Below, one piece after another: positions 53,101 to 64,000 of a DNA stretch of 64,000 nt (the first letter of the stretch is position 1; each line of letters opens with the position of its first letter). The stretch covers positions 903,693 to 967,692 of the forward strand of contig NW_002060953.1 of NCBI RefSeq assembly GCF_000150275.1, in the 5' to 3' direction. Origin of the DNA: Trichoplax adhaerens. Its lineage: Eukaryota > Animalia > Placozoa. The translations under genes were made by a program, and so were the position numbers. The notes beneath the pieces were generated by a model, which saw only the letters and a program-made list of their open reading frames with translations, searched no databases and was not told where the DNA came from.

Positions 53101-54952
53101 CTAGCTACGATTGATGTAAGCCATTCTTGCATAGCCTGTAAATAGGTCATATTCAGTGATTCGTTCTCTCTCGTTCTTACTTTATCATTAATATCTTGAT
53201 TAATATTGAACACAAGAATATAAATACTGTTAGCAGAGATAAATGGATAATAGGTAACATGATAAATAGCATGGCCACCAAAATCCCATATTTTAACATA
53301 TTGATTAAAATTATTATCACGCCTATCAATATTTTGATTGATAATAGACGAACAGTAGTATTGATGTAAGCTAAGCTTAGACTCTGATTCGATTTCAATT
53401 TCTTTGGATGGTATGGCTGTTTCTTCTGTATGAAATTGATTTGCAGAAGCATCGTCTTCTTGTAAATTTTGTTCAGATAGATTATCTGGTATAACAAGTT
53501 GATCAATCCCATCTATGTTGACTATTTGCTGATTGATAGTAGCTTGACTATCGATGCTTGTTTCGGCTAGCTCTTGTATCACTGTTTTCACATTATCGTC
53601 TAATATCTCAGTCCAATCATAAATCTCTAAATTATGAATACAGTATGATTCAGTCTCCACCATAATATCAGAATTCTCAGCCACTTGTGTCGGAGATTGA
53701 TTGTTGACTAATACTTGTTGAGTAAATACTTTTCTAATGGAAGATTTACCCACATTGCGTGGGCCAATAAACATGCCTCGTATTAAGTTATTATAGCAAT
53801 GACCTTGATTTAATGCCTTGTTATATGCATTGTAATATATTTTTTTTTGTAAATCTGTAGATATAAAATATAGAATATTGTTATGCTAAGACATTTTTTA
53901 TCCTGATCTATCCTACTACTATATTGAAACTCGATTATAAATTTACCTTCATCTTGGACGTGTTGAAAAATATCAAGATTAGGATTCTTGCCGGTGCCAT
54001 TATTGCTTGCTGTCGTCGCAGCGTTGTTAGTTTGATTTGGCGTAAATAGTTTAGCGATACTATCGACAAATTTTTTCGTCATTGATGTAGACTGATTATA
54101 CTGTATTTGCTGCTTGTGACGAGTCCTAGTAATATTATTTCTTGTTCTTCTAACATTAGGATGATTCTCACCGAAGACTGGTAGGGCAATATAAAGTGAT
54201 TTATTGTACATAGAAAGGGCCTCATCGTACTTGCCTTGCAAATCATAAATAACTCCAATGTTGTTATATATTAGCGCAACATCTGGATGATGGTAGCCAA
54301 GGACTGATAATCGAATCTGGAGCGACTTGTCATGAACAGAAAGAGCCAAATCATACTTGCCTTGCTTCTTATAGACAATTCCTATGCCGTGATATGAGTC
54401 AGCAACATGGAGATGATTATGACCAAGGACTAATAATCGAATTTGGAGCGATTTATCATGCATGGAAAGAGCCACATCGCACATGTTCTGACCACAGTAG
54501 ATACGCCCAAGTTGATGATAACTATCAGCAAGACGAACATCATTTTCGTCTAGGCATTTTAATTTCATTTCCAATGCTTTTGTGCAGTCTTCTAGTGCTC
54601 CATTGAAATTCCATAGCCTTATTTTAATCTCGCTTTGTCTATATAAACATTCAGCTATTCTCACTTCATCTTGCAGTCCATTAGCCAGAGATAGTCCTTT
54701 TTTCTTCCATTCATTAGCTTTCTTCCATTTATATTGGAAAGTGTAAATGTCACATATATCGAGATAAATATCGCACCGAAGGCGATGAATGCCAATACTA
54801 GGATTTGGTAATGATTCAATTTCATCTATAGCTTGTGTATAACAGGATAGTCCTTCCGCCAAATTGTAGGCAATCTTACATTTTTGACCCTTTTCATATA
54901 GAGACCGTACATGATGAAGAACCATAGAATGATCAGATTGATCATCGGTCAT
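50102..54952 (-). CDS. TPR-Roc-COR-zinc ribbon-death domain protein (ROCO family), copy D, ~1161 aa, intact
   Basis: Exons 54952-53947, 53854-51680, 50953-50927 and 50379-50102 total 3486 nt in frame, with all introns phase 1 and GT-AG. G1 GPRNVGKS, SPTQ, WDFGGH, ASHGD; COR YLHDLGEVIY...VDWLLNIFR and YFVPYLL; CSEC..CEYC; type-A death domain. Confidence 0.92.
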
Positions 54953-56609
54953 ATTTTCCTTTTCAAAATTTAATAACAGTTAGTGAATGAAAGTGTGGCG
55001 CTGATTCGATAATATCAAAATATCGAAACGATGTTAGTCCTTGATACCAACGATAAGTTAAGACAAATAAAATTCAAATTTAAGGTTTCTTGCAATGATC
55101 GATTACTTATAAGCAAATGGATGTTATGTTTATGCTGTTAGTCGTATGCTTTGTTGGTACAACTCTACTTGCATACGTGTCGTTTTCAAACACAGGAATA
55201 AAACGATTACTGAGAAAATTTAATAATAAATAAACCTTCTCCTAACATTTCATCTATGAATGCTAATAAAAATATTATTCTTCAATCTATAAACGATAGT
55301 AGATTCTAGCTTAAGATATGGCGCTAGCGAAGAACCGTTTACATCAATTAATATCAAATTAGGCCAAAATAGATGACTAATTTTATTTTACAAATACACT
55401 CCGACTAACACAAATACTATACCAATAGCGATGATAAGTATTAAACCTTTATATTTTATTTAACTAGATAACAGCAAGTTAATGCTAACGCCAATAATAA
55501 TTAGCAAAAAAATTGTATGTATTGTAAGAAGGCTTTCGCTCACGTTATTTGGACTGATATCTTCAGTTGAAATGCAACTTATAATGTCATAAACATCAAA
55601 GACAGATGGATCATTTACCAATTTATGGATTAGTTATTGGCTAATAAGGAATCGATGGTTTGTCGAGATGTAGGTCTACTGCGATCGATTTGGCTTTACG
55701 CCATCAATTCCAAAGAGTACGAAAGAGCCAACGAGTTAGTAGTGTGTTTTATTGATTTAAGCCTCAAATAAAAATAATATTGTGCATGAATGTAGGTTGC
55801 TCCATGTAGTATCATAGTATTGTTGCAGCAAAAGACGATCGAAGGAAAAACATGGTTACTATAGTAACTACACCAATAATTTAGGGTTTGTAACATATGT
55901 TAATAGAAGTAGCTTTGAAGAGGCATTTCAGAAGGTTATGGATACTCGCTTACAGTTAAGGATGACCTCGCCCAAATTATACATACGTATGCCAGTATAA
56001 AGGAAATTAGATAACTGTTTGGATTATACTACACGCAGTACTATTTTTGTAGGTTTTCTGTACTAGATTGCTGCATGCTGCTAGCTATCCTTATGATAAA
56101 TATTGACAATATGGAAAGAAATCTCTATCAGATCATGCAGACATACAAATATGAATGTAGTCTATTTTAATATCCATAATTGATAGTATCCGATCAATTT
56201 AATCTACTGTTGCTCAAAGAACTGTTTCATGAATTAAGTAAAGATTTTGCTAGTAAGAAATATTTTCATTTTACACTAATTCAGCAAATGCAATGACATC
56301 AACATAACATAAATGCATCATAACGCGATATTGGCCCTCGGCTGACCAATGCTAATTGTATAAAATTACATGCACTTATCATCATATCCAATCACGAAGC
56401 AAAAAATGTTTACTAAAGGCATGATTTATCCATAGATTATTTGAATTCCCGAGTATACGCATACAGTCCAAACGAGATGATGCTCTTACGGGCAAGTAGA
56501 TCAATATTTAAAAGCTCTTGTATTATCACGACGTGATTTTTGACACAAGTGTGGTATGGGATCATGTAGAAACTATGCAGTAACTGCCATTTTATAGATG
56601 TAAAATGCT
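54707..56609. repeat. ~2-kb near-identical duplication, copy 1 (5' end and upstream region of ROCO copy D)
   Basis: Matches 57323-59340 apart from scattered substitutions and one 115-bp indel. Confidence 0.95.
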
Positions 56610-57322
56610 ACTTTAGGAATATCATTTAAAATTAAAAATGGTTGATTTATCACAGCATACCCTTGCATTCCGGAGTAGTAATTATTAGTCAGTAGTGTTC
56701 GTCATTTCTTGATACAGAAAAGTTCTGGGACTATTATAGTTGAATTACCGTAATAAATTAATATTATGAGTGTACATTTTAAAAGTCTATTTTTACCTTT
56801 TGGCCTACTTACAGAAGCGGAAAATTATCCCATTAGTTGCTGAGTATCTTATAACGTTAAATGAAAAGCTCTTTATGTAAAGCCAATAATAATTAAGTTA
56901 ATAGCTACATTTTATTTATAATACTGTTAGCGATAACGATAGCGTCTGATTTTTGGTATGCTCTCAGTCAACTGAAGCGTGATCGGCAGCTAAGCTTCCA
57001 CGTGAATATCTACCTTTATTCTGATTTCTTACCACCTTATATACAATACAACCGATATGAATACAATACAAGAAATCATATAATTAGATACAGAGACGCT
57101 AGTAAATCCGTAATTAATACCGATAAAATTTTGCTTAATTTAATTTCAGTTGGCAAACACTGTTCCACGCTATCGCAAATCTAAATTTGCCACAGTAAAA
57201 AGTAGAACGGAAAACCAAAATTACGATTCTACTGTCAGGTTTGTCCTCCCTGACAGTAAATTTGCAGTTTGANNNNNNNNNNNNNNNNNNNNNNNNNNNN
57301 NNNNNNNNNNNNNNNNNNNNNN

Positions 57323-57568
57323 CCATTCATTAGCTTTCTTCCATTTATATTGGAAAGTGTAAATGTCACATATATCGAGATAAATATCGCACCGAAGGCG
57401 ATGAATGCCGATACTAGGATTTGGTAATGATTCAATTTCATCTATAGCTTGTGTATAACAGGATAGTCCTTCCGCCAAATTGTAGGCAATCTTACATTTT
57501 TGACCCTTTTCATATAGAGACCGTACATGATGAAGAACCATAGAATGATCAGATTGATCATCGGTCAT
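57323..57568 (-). CDS. 5' fragment identical in protein to ROCO copy D (MTDDQSDHSMVL...KKANEW), cut by an assembly gap
   Basis: The first ~82 aa match the 54952 ORF. Sequence beyond the gap is not TPR-coding, so this may be an allelic or assembly duplicate. Confidence 0.6.
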
Positions 57569-59340
57569 ATTTTCCTTTTCAAAATTTAATAACAGTTAGT
57601 GAATGAAAGTGTGGCGCTGATTCGATAATATCAAAATATCGAAACGATGTTAGTCCTTGATACCAACGATAAGTTAAGACAAATAAAATTCAAATTTAAG
57701 GTTTCTTGCAATGATCGATTACTTATAAGCAAATTGATGTTATGTTTATGCTGTTAGTCGTATGCTTTGTTGGTACAACTCTACTTGCATACGTGTCGTT
57801 TTCAAACACAGGAATAAAACGATTACTGAGAAAATTTAATAATAAATAAACCTTCTCCTAACATTTCATCTATGAATGCTAATAAAAATATTATTCTTCA
57901 ATCTATAAACGATAGTAGATTCTAGCTTAAGATATGGCGCTAGCGAAGAACCGTTTACATCAATTAATATCAAATTAGGCCAAAATAGATGACTAATTTT
58001 ATTTTACAAATACACTCCGACTAACACAAATACTATACCAATAGCGATGATAAGTATTAAACCTTTATATTTTATTTAACTAGATAACAGCAAGTTAATG
58101 CTAACGCCAATAATAATTAGCAAAAAAATTGTATGTATTGTAAGAAGGCTTTCGCTCACGTTATTTGGACTGATATCTTCAGTTGAAATGCAACTTATAA
58201 TGTCCTAAACATCAAAGACAGATGGATCATTTACCAATTTATGGATTAGTTATTGGCTAATAAGGAATCGATGGTTTGTCGAGATGTAGGTCTACTGCGA
58301 TCGATTTGGCTTTACGCCATCAATTCCAAAGATGGGCAAAAATGAACAAAAGAGAATTAGAAATGAATACACCTCTACCCGACTAACTTTATCTAGCTGT
58401 ATATGAATACACTCACTTAAGTAGTACTTAGCAAGTAGTACTATAAAGTACGAAAGAGCCAACGAGTTAGTAGTGTGTTTTATTGATTTAAGCCTCAAAT
58501 AAAAATAATATTGTGCATGAATGTAGGTTGCTCCATGTAGTATCATAGTATTGTTGCAGCAAAAGACGATCGAAGGAAAAACATGGTTACTATAGTAACT
58601 ACACCAATAATTTAGGGTTTGTAACATATGTTAATAGAAGTAGCTTTGAAGAGGCATTTCAGAAGGTTATGGATACTCGCTTACAGTTAAGGATGACCTC
58701 GCCCAAATTATACGTACGTATGCCAGTATAAAGGAAATTAGATAACTGTTTGGATTATACTACACGCAGTACTATTTTTGTAGGTTTTCTGTACTAGATT
58801 GCTGCATGCTGCTAGCTATCCTTATGATAAATATTGACAATATGGAAAGAAATCTCTATCAGATCATGTAGACATACAAATATGAATGTAGTCTATTTTA
58901 ATATCCATAATTGATAGTATCCGATCAATTTAATCTACTGTTGCTCAAAGAACTGTTTCATGAATTAAGTAAAGATTTTGCTAGTAAGAAATATTTTCAT
59001 TTTACACTAAGTCAGCAAATGCAATGACATCAATATAACATAAATGCATCATAACGCGATATTGGCCCTCGGCTGACCAATGCTAATTGTATAAAATTAC
59101 ATGCACTTATCATCATATCAAATCACGAAGCAAAAAATGTTTACTAAAGGCATGATTTATCCATAGATGATTTGAATTCCCGAGTATACGCATACAGTCC
59201 AAATGAGATGATGCTCTTATGGGCAAGTAGATCAATATTTAAAAGCTCTTGTATTATCACGACGTGATTTTTGGCACAAGTGTGGTATGGGATCATGTAG
59301 AAACTATGCAGTAACTGCCATTTTATAGATGTAAAATGCT
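57323..59340. repeat. ~2-kb near-identical duplication, copy 2
   Basis: Matches 54707-56609 and carries an extra 58333-58447. The two copies diverge abruptly after 'gatgtaaaatgct'. Confidence 0.95.
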
Positions 59341-60603
59341 TTAATGAGTAAGTAAGAGATCTATAGACAGAGATCGCCATAATCTCTTTCATCATGAATC
59401 ATGTTGAACATCATATTGCGGTGGTGGACTAAGGATCATTTTAGACTTCAATCCTTCCACCGATTTCGATCGATGTCTAGCCATCATTTGCGTAAACTAT
59501 CAATGGAGACAATGTTAGTATAGCTATGAAGAAAGGCCTTATGACAGTGTCTAGGAAATGAGTTGAAGGCGTAGGATAAGATCCATTTTAGACGAAATGG
59601 TCAACATGGAGAAAATGTAGATATCAAGTCGTAGCGTCAGAGCGNNNNNNNNNNNNNNNNNNNNNNNNNNNNNNNNNNNNNNNNNNNNNNNNNNNNNNNN
59701 NNNNNNNNNNNNNNNNNNNNNNNNNNNNNNNNNNNNNNNNNNNNNNNNNNNNNNNNNNNNNNNNNNNNNNNNNNNNNNNNNNNNNNNNNNNNNNNNNNNN
59801 NNNNNNNNNNNNNNNNNNNNNNNNNNNNNNNNNNNNNNNNNNNNNNNNNNNNNNNNNNNNNNNNNNNNNNNNNNNNNNNNNNNNNNNNNNNNNNNNNNNN
59901 NNNNNNNNNNNNNNNNNNNNNNNNNNNNNNNNNNNNNNNNNNNNNNNNNNNNNNNNNNNNNNNNNNNNNNNNNNNNNNNNNNNNNNNNNNNNNNNNNNNN
60001 NNNNNNNNNNNNNNNNNNNNNNNNNNNNNNNNNNNNNNNNNNNNNNNNNNNNNNNNNNNNNNNNNNNNNNNNNNNNNNNNNNNNNNNNNNNNNNNNNNNN
60101 NNNNNNNNNNNNNNNNNNNNNNNNNNNNNNNNNNNNNNNNNNNNNNNNNNNNNNNNNNNNNNNNNNNNNNNNNNNNNNNNNNNNNNNNNNNNNNNNNNNN
60201 NNNNNNNNNNNNNNNNNNNNNNNNNNNNNNNNNNNNNNNNNNNNNNNNNNNNNNNNNNNNNNNNNNNNNNNNNNNNNNNNNNNNNNNNNNNNNNNNNNNN
60301 NNNNNNNNNNNNNNNNNNNNNNNNTACTGGACAACAATCTTGAACTAATTTAAATCGGAAAATGAACTCATAAAATGATTATCTACTATCCAGATATTTC
60401 ACAGGTGGTTAGCTAATCTTATAAAGCTAACATTAACTTAACTTTAACAACATTAACTTTTTTAAAACAGATGATAGAGTTGCAAGCATGCAAGTGAAAT
60501 GTATGATTCTCTTTTATATTATCAGTGGCAAACGTAGCTGAAAGTAATATATCACATAATTCTTGATAATAATCAACTATTGTTTACGCTATTACAAAAT
60601 TAC

Positions 60604-61468
60604 CATCTGATAATGCTGAATCATCTTTAGTGGGTAGAACAGGCAGCTTTTCTGAATCAGACCGCTTTGATGGGTTGGGCTGCCAAACATGACAAACTTT
60701 ACTTAGTAAATTAAACAGAGTCTATATACTTCACAACTTGAAGATTGATTATAGATGTTGTTCATTTACCTTGTTGGAATTTGATCTCAACAAGAAGCAA
60801 ATCTTTGCCTTGGTGTCTCGCTTCGGGTCTTCAAGCTTTAGAGAGATTTGAGCTATATTAGTAGCTGCTTTTTTGATAACCTTGCAAGCGTAATCGATAG
60901 CATGATAGCTATACTCATTCCAATTGATAGTAATTATCCGATTATTTAAATCAGCATTCGGACAATCTAAACCGTCTTCCTTAAATTTAGCTTCGTAATC
61001 ACCATTTTCTAGAATAGTATTTTCAAGTCCAGTCGTAACTAAACGTATCCTAATAACTTCCTGATGAAAATCTGACAAGATAGCAGTTTCATCTTCATCT
61101 TTTTTAGCTAAGATTAATTTCATATGGACAGTATCATCACTTGTGTCTATTTCGGATAGGAAAGCTAACGTTTTAATTCGTTGCTGCCAAGATGGAAAGA
61201 TATACTTGTAGGCTGAATAAAAGGAAGGTTTGACGCTGGAAATGACGGCATAGTCAGAGAAATGGCTTACCGCAAAAGTAAGGCAATAATATCCATTTTT
61301 ATCGCGGCTATATTCATACTCTACATCTTGCTGTTCCCACTTCTCACATCCGTAGCTTCGACAAATGATCTTTATTGGGATATTAAAGTTGTTGTTTTTC
61401 TTAAGTGANACTATCTGGTTGATATATGGAACGGGGACTTGAAGTAAAGCTTTCCTTGTGCTATTAGG
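60604..61468 (-). CDS. ZU5-UPA protein fragment (PIDD1/UNC5CL-like) with HFS motif; both ends lie in gaps
   Basis: Open frame ALLQVPVP...IKIICRS...WEQ...TFAVSHFSDYAVI resembles the C-terminal part of ZU5 and is followed by a ~140-aa beta-rich UPA-like segment. Donor after 60770; 76-nt exon 60679-60604 ends in phase 1. Confidence 0.7.
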
Positions 61469-61670
61469 NNNNNNNNNNNNNNNNNNNNNNNNNNNNNNNN
61501 NNNNNNNNNNNNNNNNNNNNNNNNNNNNNNNNNNNNNNNNNNNNNNNNNNNNNNNNNNNNNNNNNNNNNNNNNNNNNNNNNNNNNNNNNNNNNNNNNNNN
61601 NNNNNNNNNNNNNNNNNNNNNNNNNNNNNNNNNNNNNNNNNNNNNNNNNNNNNNNNNNNNNNNNNNNNNN

Positions 61671-62678
61671 TCCTCATATTCCAGATGGAATTTATTATTG
61701 TTTACTGTCGTCGTGCTTAAGAGAATGGAATAATACAAAGGTAGAAATATGTTATCAATGCGCTAAATTTTATCTGAAAGAAGATCACTACTACCTTATC
61801 GTTAAAAAAGAGCAATCGTACATAGGCTTACGATATTGTTATCAAAAAATGGCCGACGCTAAAACTGACCAAATGTTTAAGAGCAAAATCAGAGACTGTA
61901 TACGCGAAAAGCATCCTCACGATATTGTACTGAAGAAATTGTCGTCTATAGTTGCTAAAAGAATGCCCAAGTTTTACAATGCGACATGTTATTTTCACGT
62001 TCGATGTCCAGAATGTCATAAGTTAACTAAAACAACGAGTAAATGTAATCTAGAAGGTAATAAGATGACTGAATGTGAACATTGTAAAGAATTATTTTCA
62101 AGTCAATCTGCAAAGGATTGGAAAATTGATGAGGAGGAGCCAGAAATATGTAAGTTATACCTGAAATTTGATTTGCTAGTGTAATTCTAATTGGATCTTA
62201 ACTAGAATAGCGATCATTATACAATTCACAGTACAATATATTAGTATCTTTTATCAAAGTAATATCGATGTTGAGATATAGTACATGATTATTTTACAAA
62301 TTATTAATGCAGAAGTATCAATTTTCAAGTAATTCAATTTTATATCACTAATTAATTACATCTATTTTCAAATTAGCCGTTTCGAAAGAAGTAGATCCTA
62401 AAGAAGTAGATATCAGGTATCAATTCTTTTGTATTGCAAATTTAATCGAAACGGACTGGAAAAAGTTAGCAGCTATATTAGATCCGACAATTAGTACTGA
62501 AGTTATCCAAAAACAAAATCGAAACGATGTATTTGGCCAAGCGATAGAACTACTAAATAAATGGTACAATAAATATCCAAATGTTGGTATTTGTCGTCTA
62601 GAAGGCGCTTTGAGACGCATAGGAAGAAGCGATATTGTTACTCGTATTAATCAAATTAATCAAGAATTAAATATATAA
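61671..62678 (+). CDS. 3' part of a ROCO paralog (COR C-terminus, zinc ribbon, type-B death domain), copy E, opposite orientation
   Basis: PHIPDGIYYCLLSSCLREWNNTKVEICYQCAKFYL...RCPECHK...ECEHCK runs to a donor after 62149. Phase-1 exon 62377-62678 reads FFCIANLIETDWKKLAAILDPTI...ALRRIGRSDIV. The contig is bounded by gaps. Confidence 0.88.
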
Positions 62679-62818
62679 ATATAAATTTTGTAATAATTTT
62701 ACCATTATTTGCTTCTAAAACGAGCTAAATAGTGAAAAATGCATAAAAATTAACTAGGATATCAGAGNNNNNNNNNNNNNNNNNNNNNNNNNNNNNNNNN
62801 NNNNNNNNNNNNNNNNNC

Positions 62819-63868
62819 TTAGACACATACATGATCTTCAGCTACAGAGCGCAGCCCGNCTTTTAAAGAGTGCTTCAACTAATGCTCTCTTTGTGTAACT
62901 CCGACCTTTCCTACTCGCATACATACTCAACATTTGCGCACATTGATCGTCAACTGATCCATTATTTTCAGCTATAATTTTGTCGATGTCGCGTTGATCA
63001 ATTCCAAATTCTCTTGCCAAAGTTTTCCGCTCCGTTCCAATATCTTTTGCGATTTTGCTGTTATACTCCTTGGCAGCTACAATAATTTTATTTTATTTGC
63101 AAAAATAGGATCAGCGGCTACTTACGGTACATCATATGAAACAGTTAATAGAAAATTGAATGTAGCAAGAATGAACGATTCTCTCTACACTAAATCAAGA
63201 ATATTCCTCTTTCTAAGTTGCAATTGTTGAAAGCGCTTGCTATACAAACCAATTAAATGACTCCATCTTACAAATCAGGTAAGTCGCTGCTATTGTAGTA
63301 TGCGATAGATTTTACTGTATTGTCACTTAAAATAGTAAAAAAATGTTAGCCACAGTACAACTTACAAGAATTGGGTTCGTCCATTTCTATCTCAACAGTT
63401 TTATTAGAATCGACAGAGACTTCAAATCGAATTCCGGGTGCACAACTAGCATTGAGTTTCTCAGTTTCGTCTGATTCTTGTTCTAGAGTTGAATCGACAT
63501 TACAAAGATACAGTATCATCAGCCATTAAAGAAACAAAGTATAATCTCATTCGCTACTATGCATGCAAGCGCTCAACATTTTTATAAAGTATTATAACAT
63601 CGTTAAACGTTAAAAGTACGTACTCTTTTGGCTTAAATGATTGTAATATAGTGTGATTTACTTAACTCAATGTTGTTATACTAACTGCAAGCTATTCTCT
63701 TTAAAAATACAGAGTGTGAGAACTTATTGAAAAATATACTTTAATTCAAAGAAGACTATTACAAAACACATTTTACTGAACAGAATTTGGCTTTTTACGC
63801 TTTGGTAGTACTTGTGTGATATCAATTCAGTGGAGGCTCACCTTTATCTTCTCTATATATCTTTTTCT
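62819..63868 (-). CDS. 3' exons of a further death-domain gene (type-C, FADD-like DD) starting beyond the window
   Basis: A 27-nt micro-exon 63868-63842 (EKKIYREDK) corresponds in size and phase to the ROCO micro-exons. It is followed by a 117-nt exon 63482-63366 and a DD exon 63076-62819 (KIAKDIGTERKTLAREFGIDQRDIDKI...ALVEALFK). The frame closes if the single n at 62859 is spurious. Confidence 0.7.
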
Positions 63869-64000
63869 CTAAAGAAATGAGGTGAAAATAGGAATAATCA
63901 ATTAGTAGCCCTATCGTAATTATTTTAAAATAGATGATAGATTTGCAGCCATGCAAGTGAAATATATGACATGTTTCTCTAAAGAGTTTACGAAGATAGT

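Noticed and set aside
59624-60337. Long ORFs spanning N runs (also 5243-5659, 33857-34075, 61411-61733)
   Set aside because: Artefacts of translating gaps. The 60749-61738 ORF also joins two unrelated contigs across a gap.

Overview
AT-rich eukaryotic genomic DNA with short GT-AG introns and many assembly gaps. The 'LGHNHPHVAxSYNNIG' 42-aa TPRs and the ROCO expansion suggest a placozoan (Trichoplax-like) genome; this is an inference. The left end carries a disabled multi-exon cytochrome P450 (+) and an intact 5-exon trypsinogen-like protease (-). Most of the window is a birth-and-death tandem cluster of genes with the architecture TPR array - Roc GTPase - COR - CxxC/CxxC zinc ribbon - death domain(s). 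One copy is complete and in frame (50102-54952), one is open where sequenced but gapped (33504-39179), one is frameshifted with a degenerate GTPase (43477-48629), and about seven are remnants or partial copies. One copy has near-identical, mosaic 126-bp TPR units with hypervariable helix-A codons. Death domains sit on phase-1 terminal exons of at least three sequence types that vary between paralogs. A neighbouring PIDD/UNC5CL-like ZU5(HFS)-UPA gene shares intron sequence with these death-domain cassettes. Together this looks like an NLR-like, repeat-shuffling sensor/death-signalling locus built on a Roc-COR core. Exon boundaries were read by eye and checked for frame.
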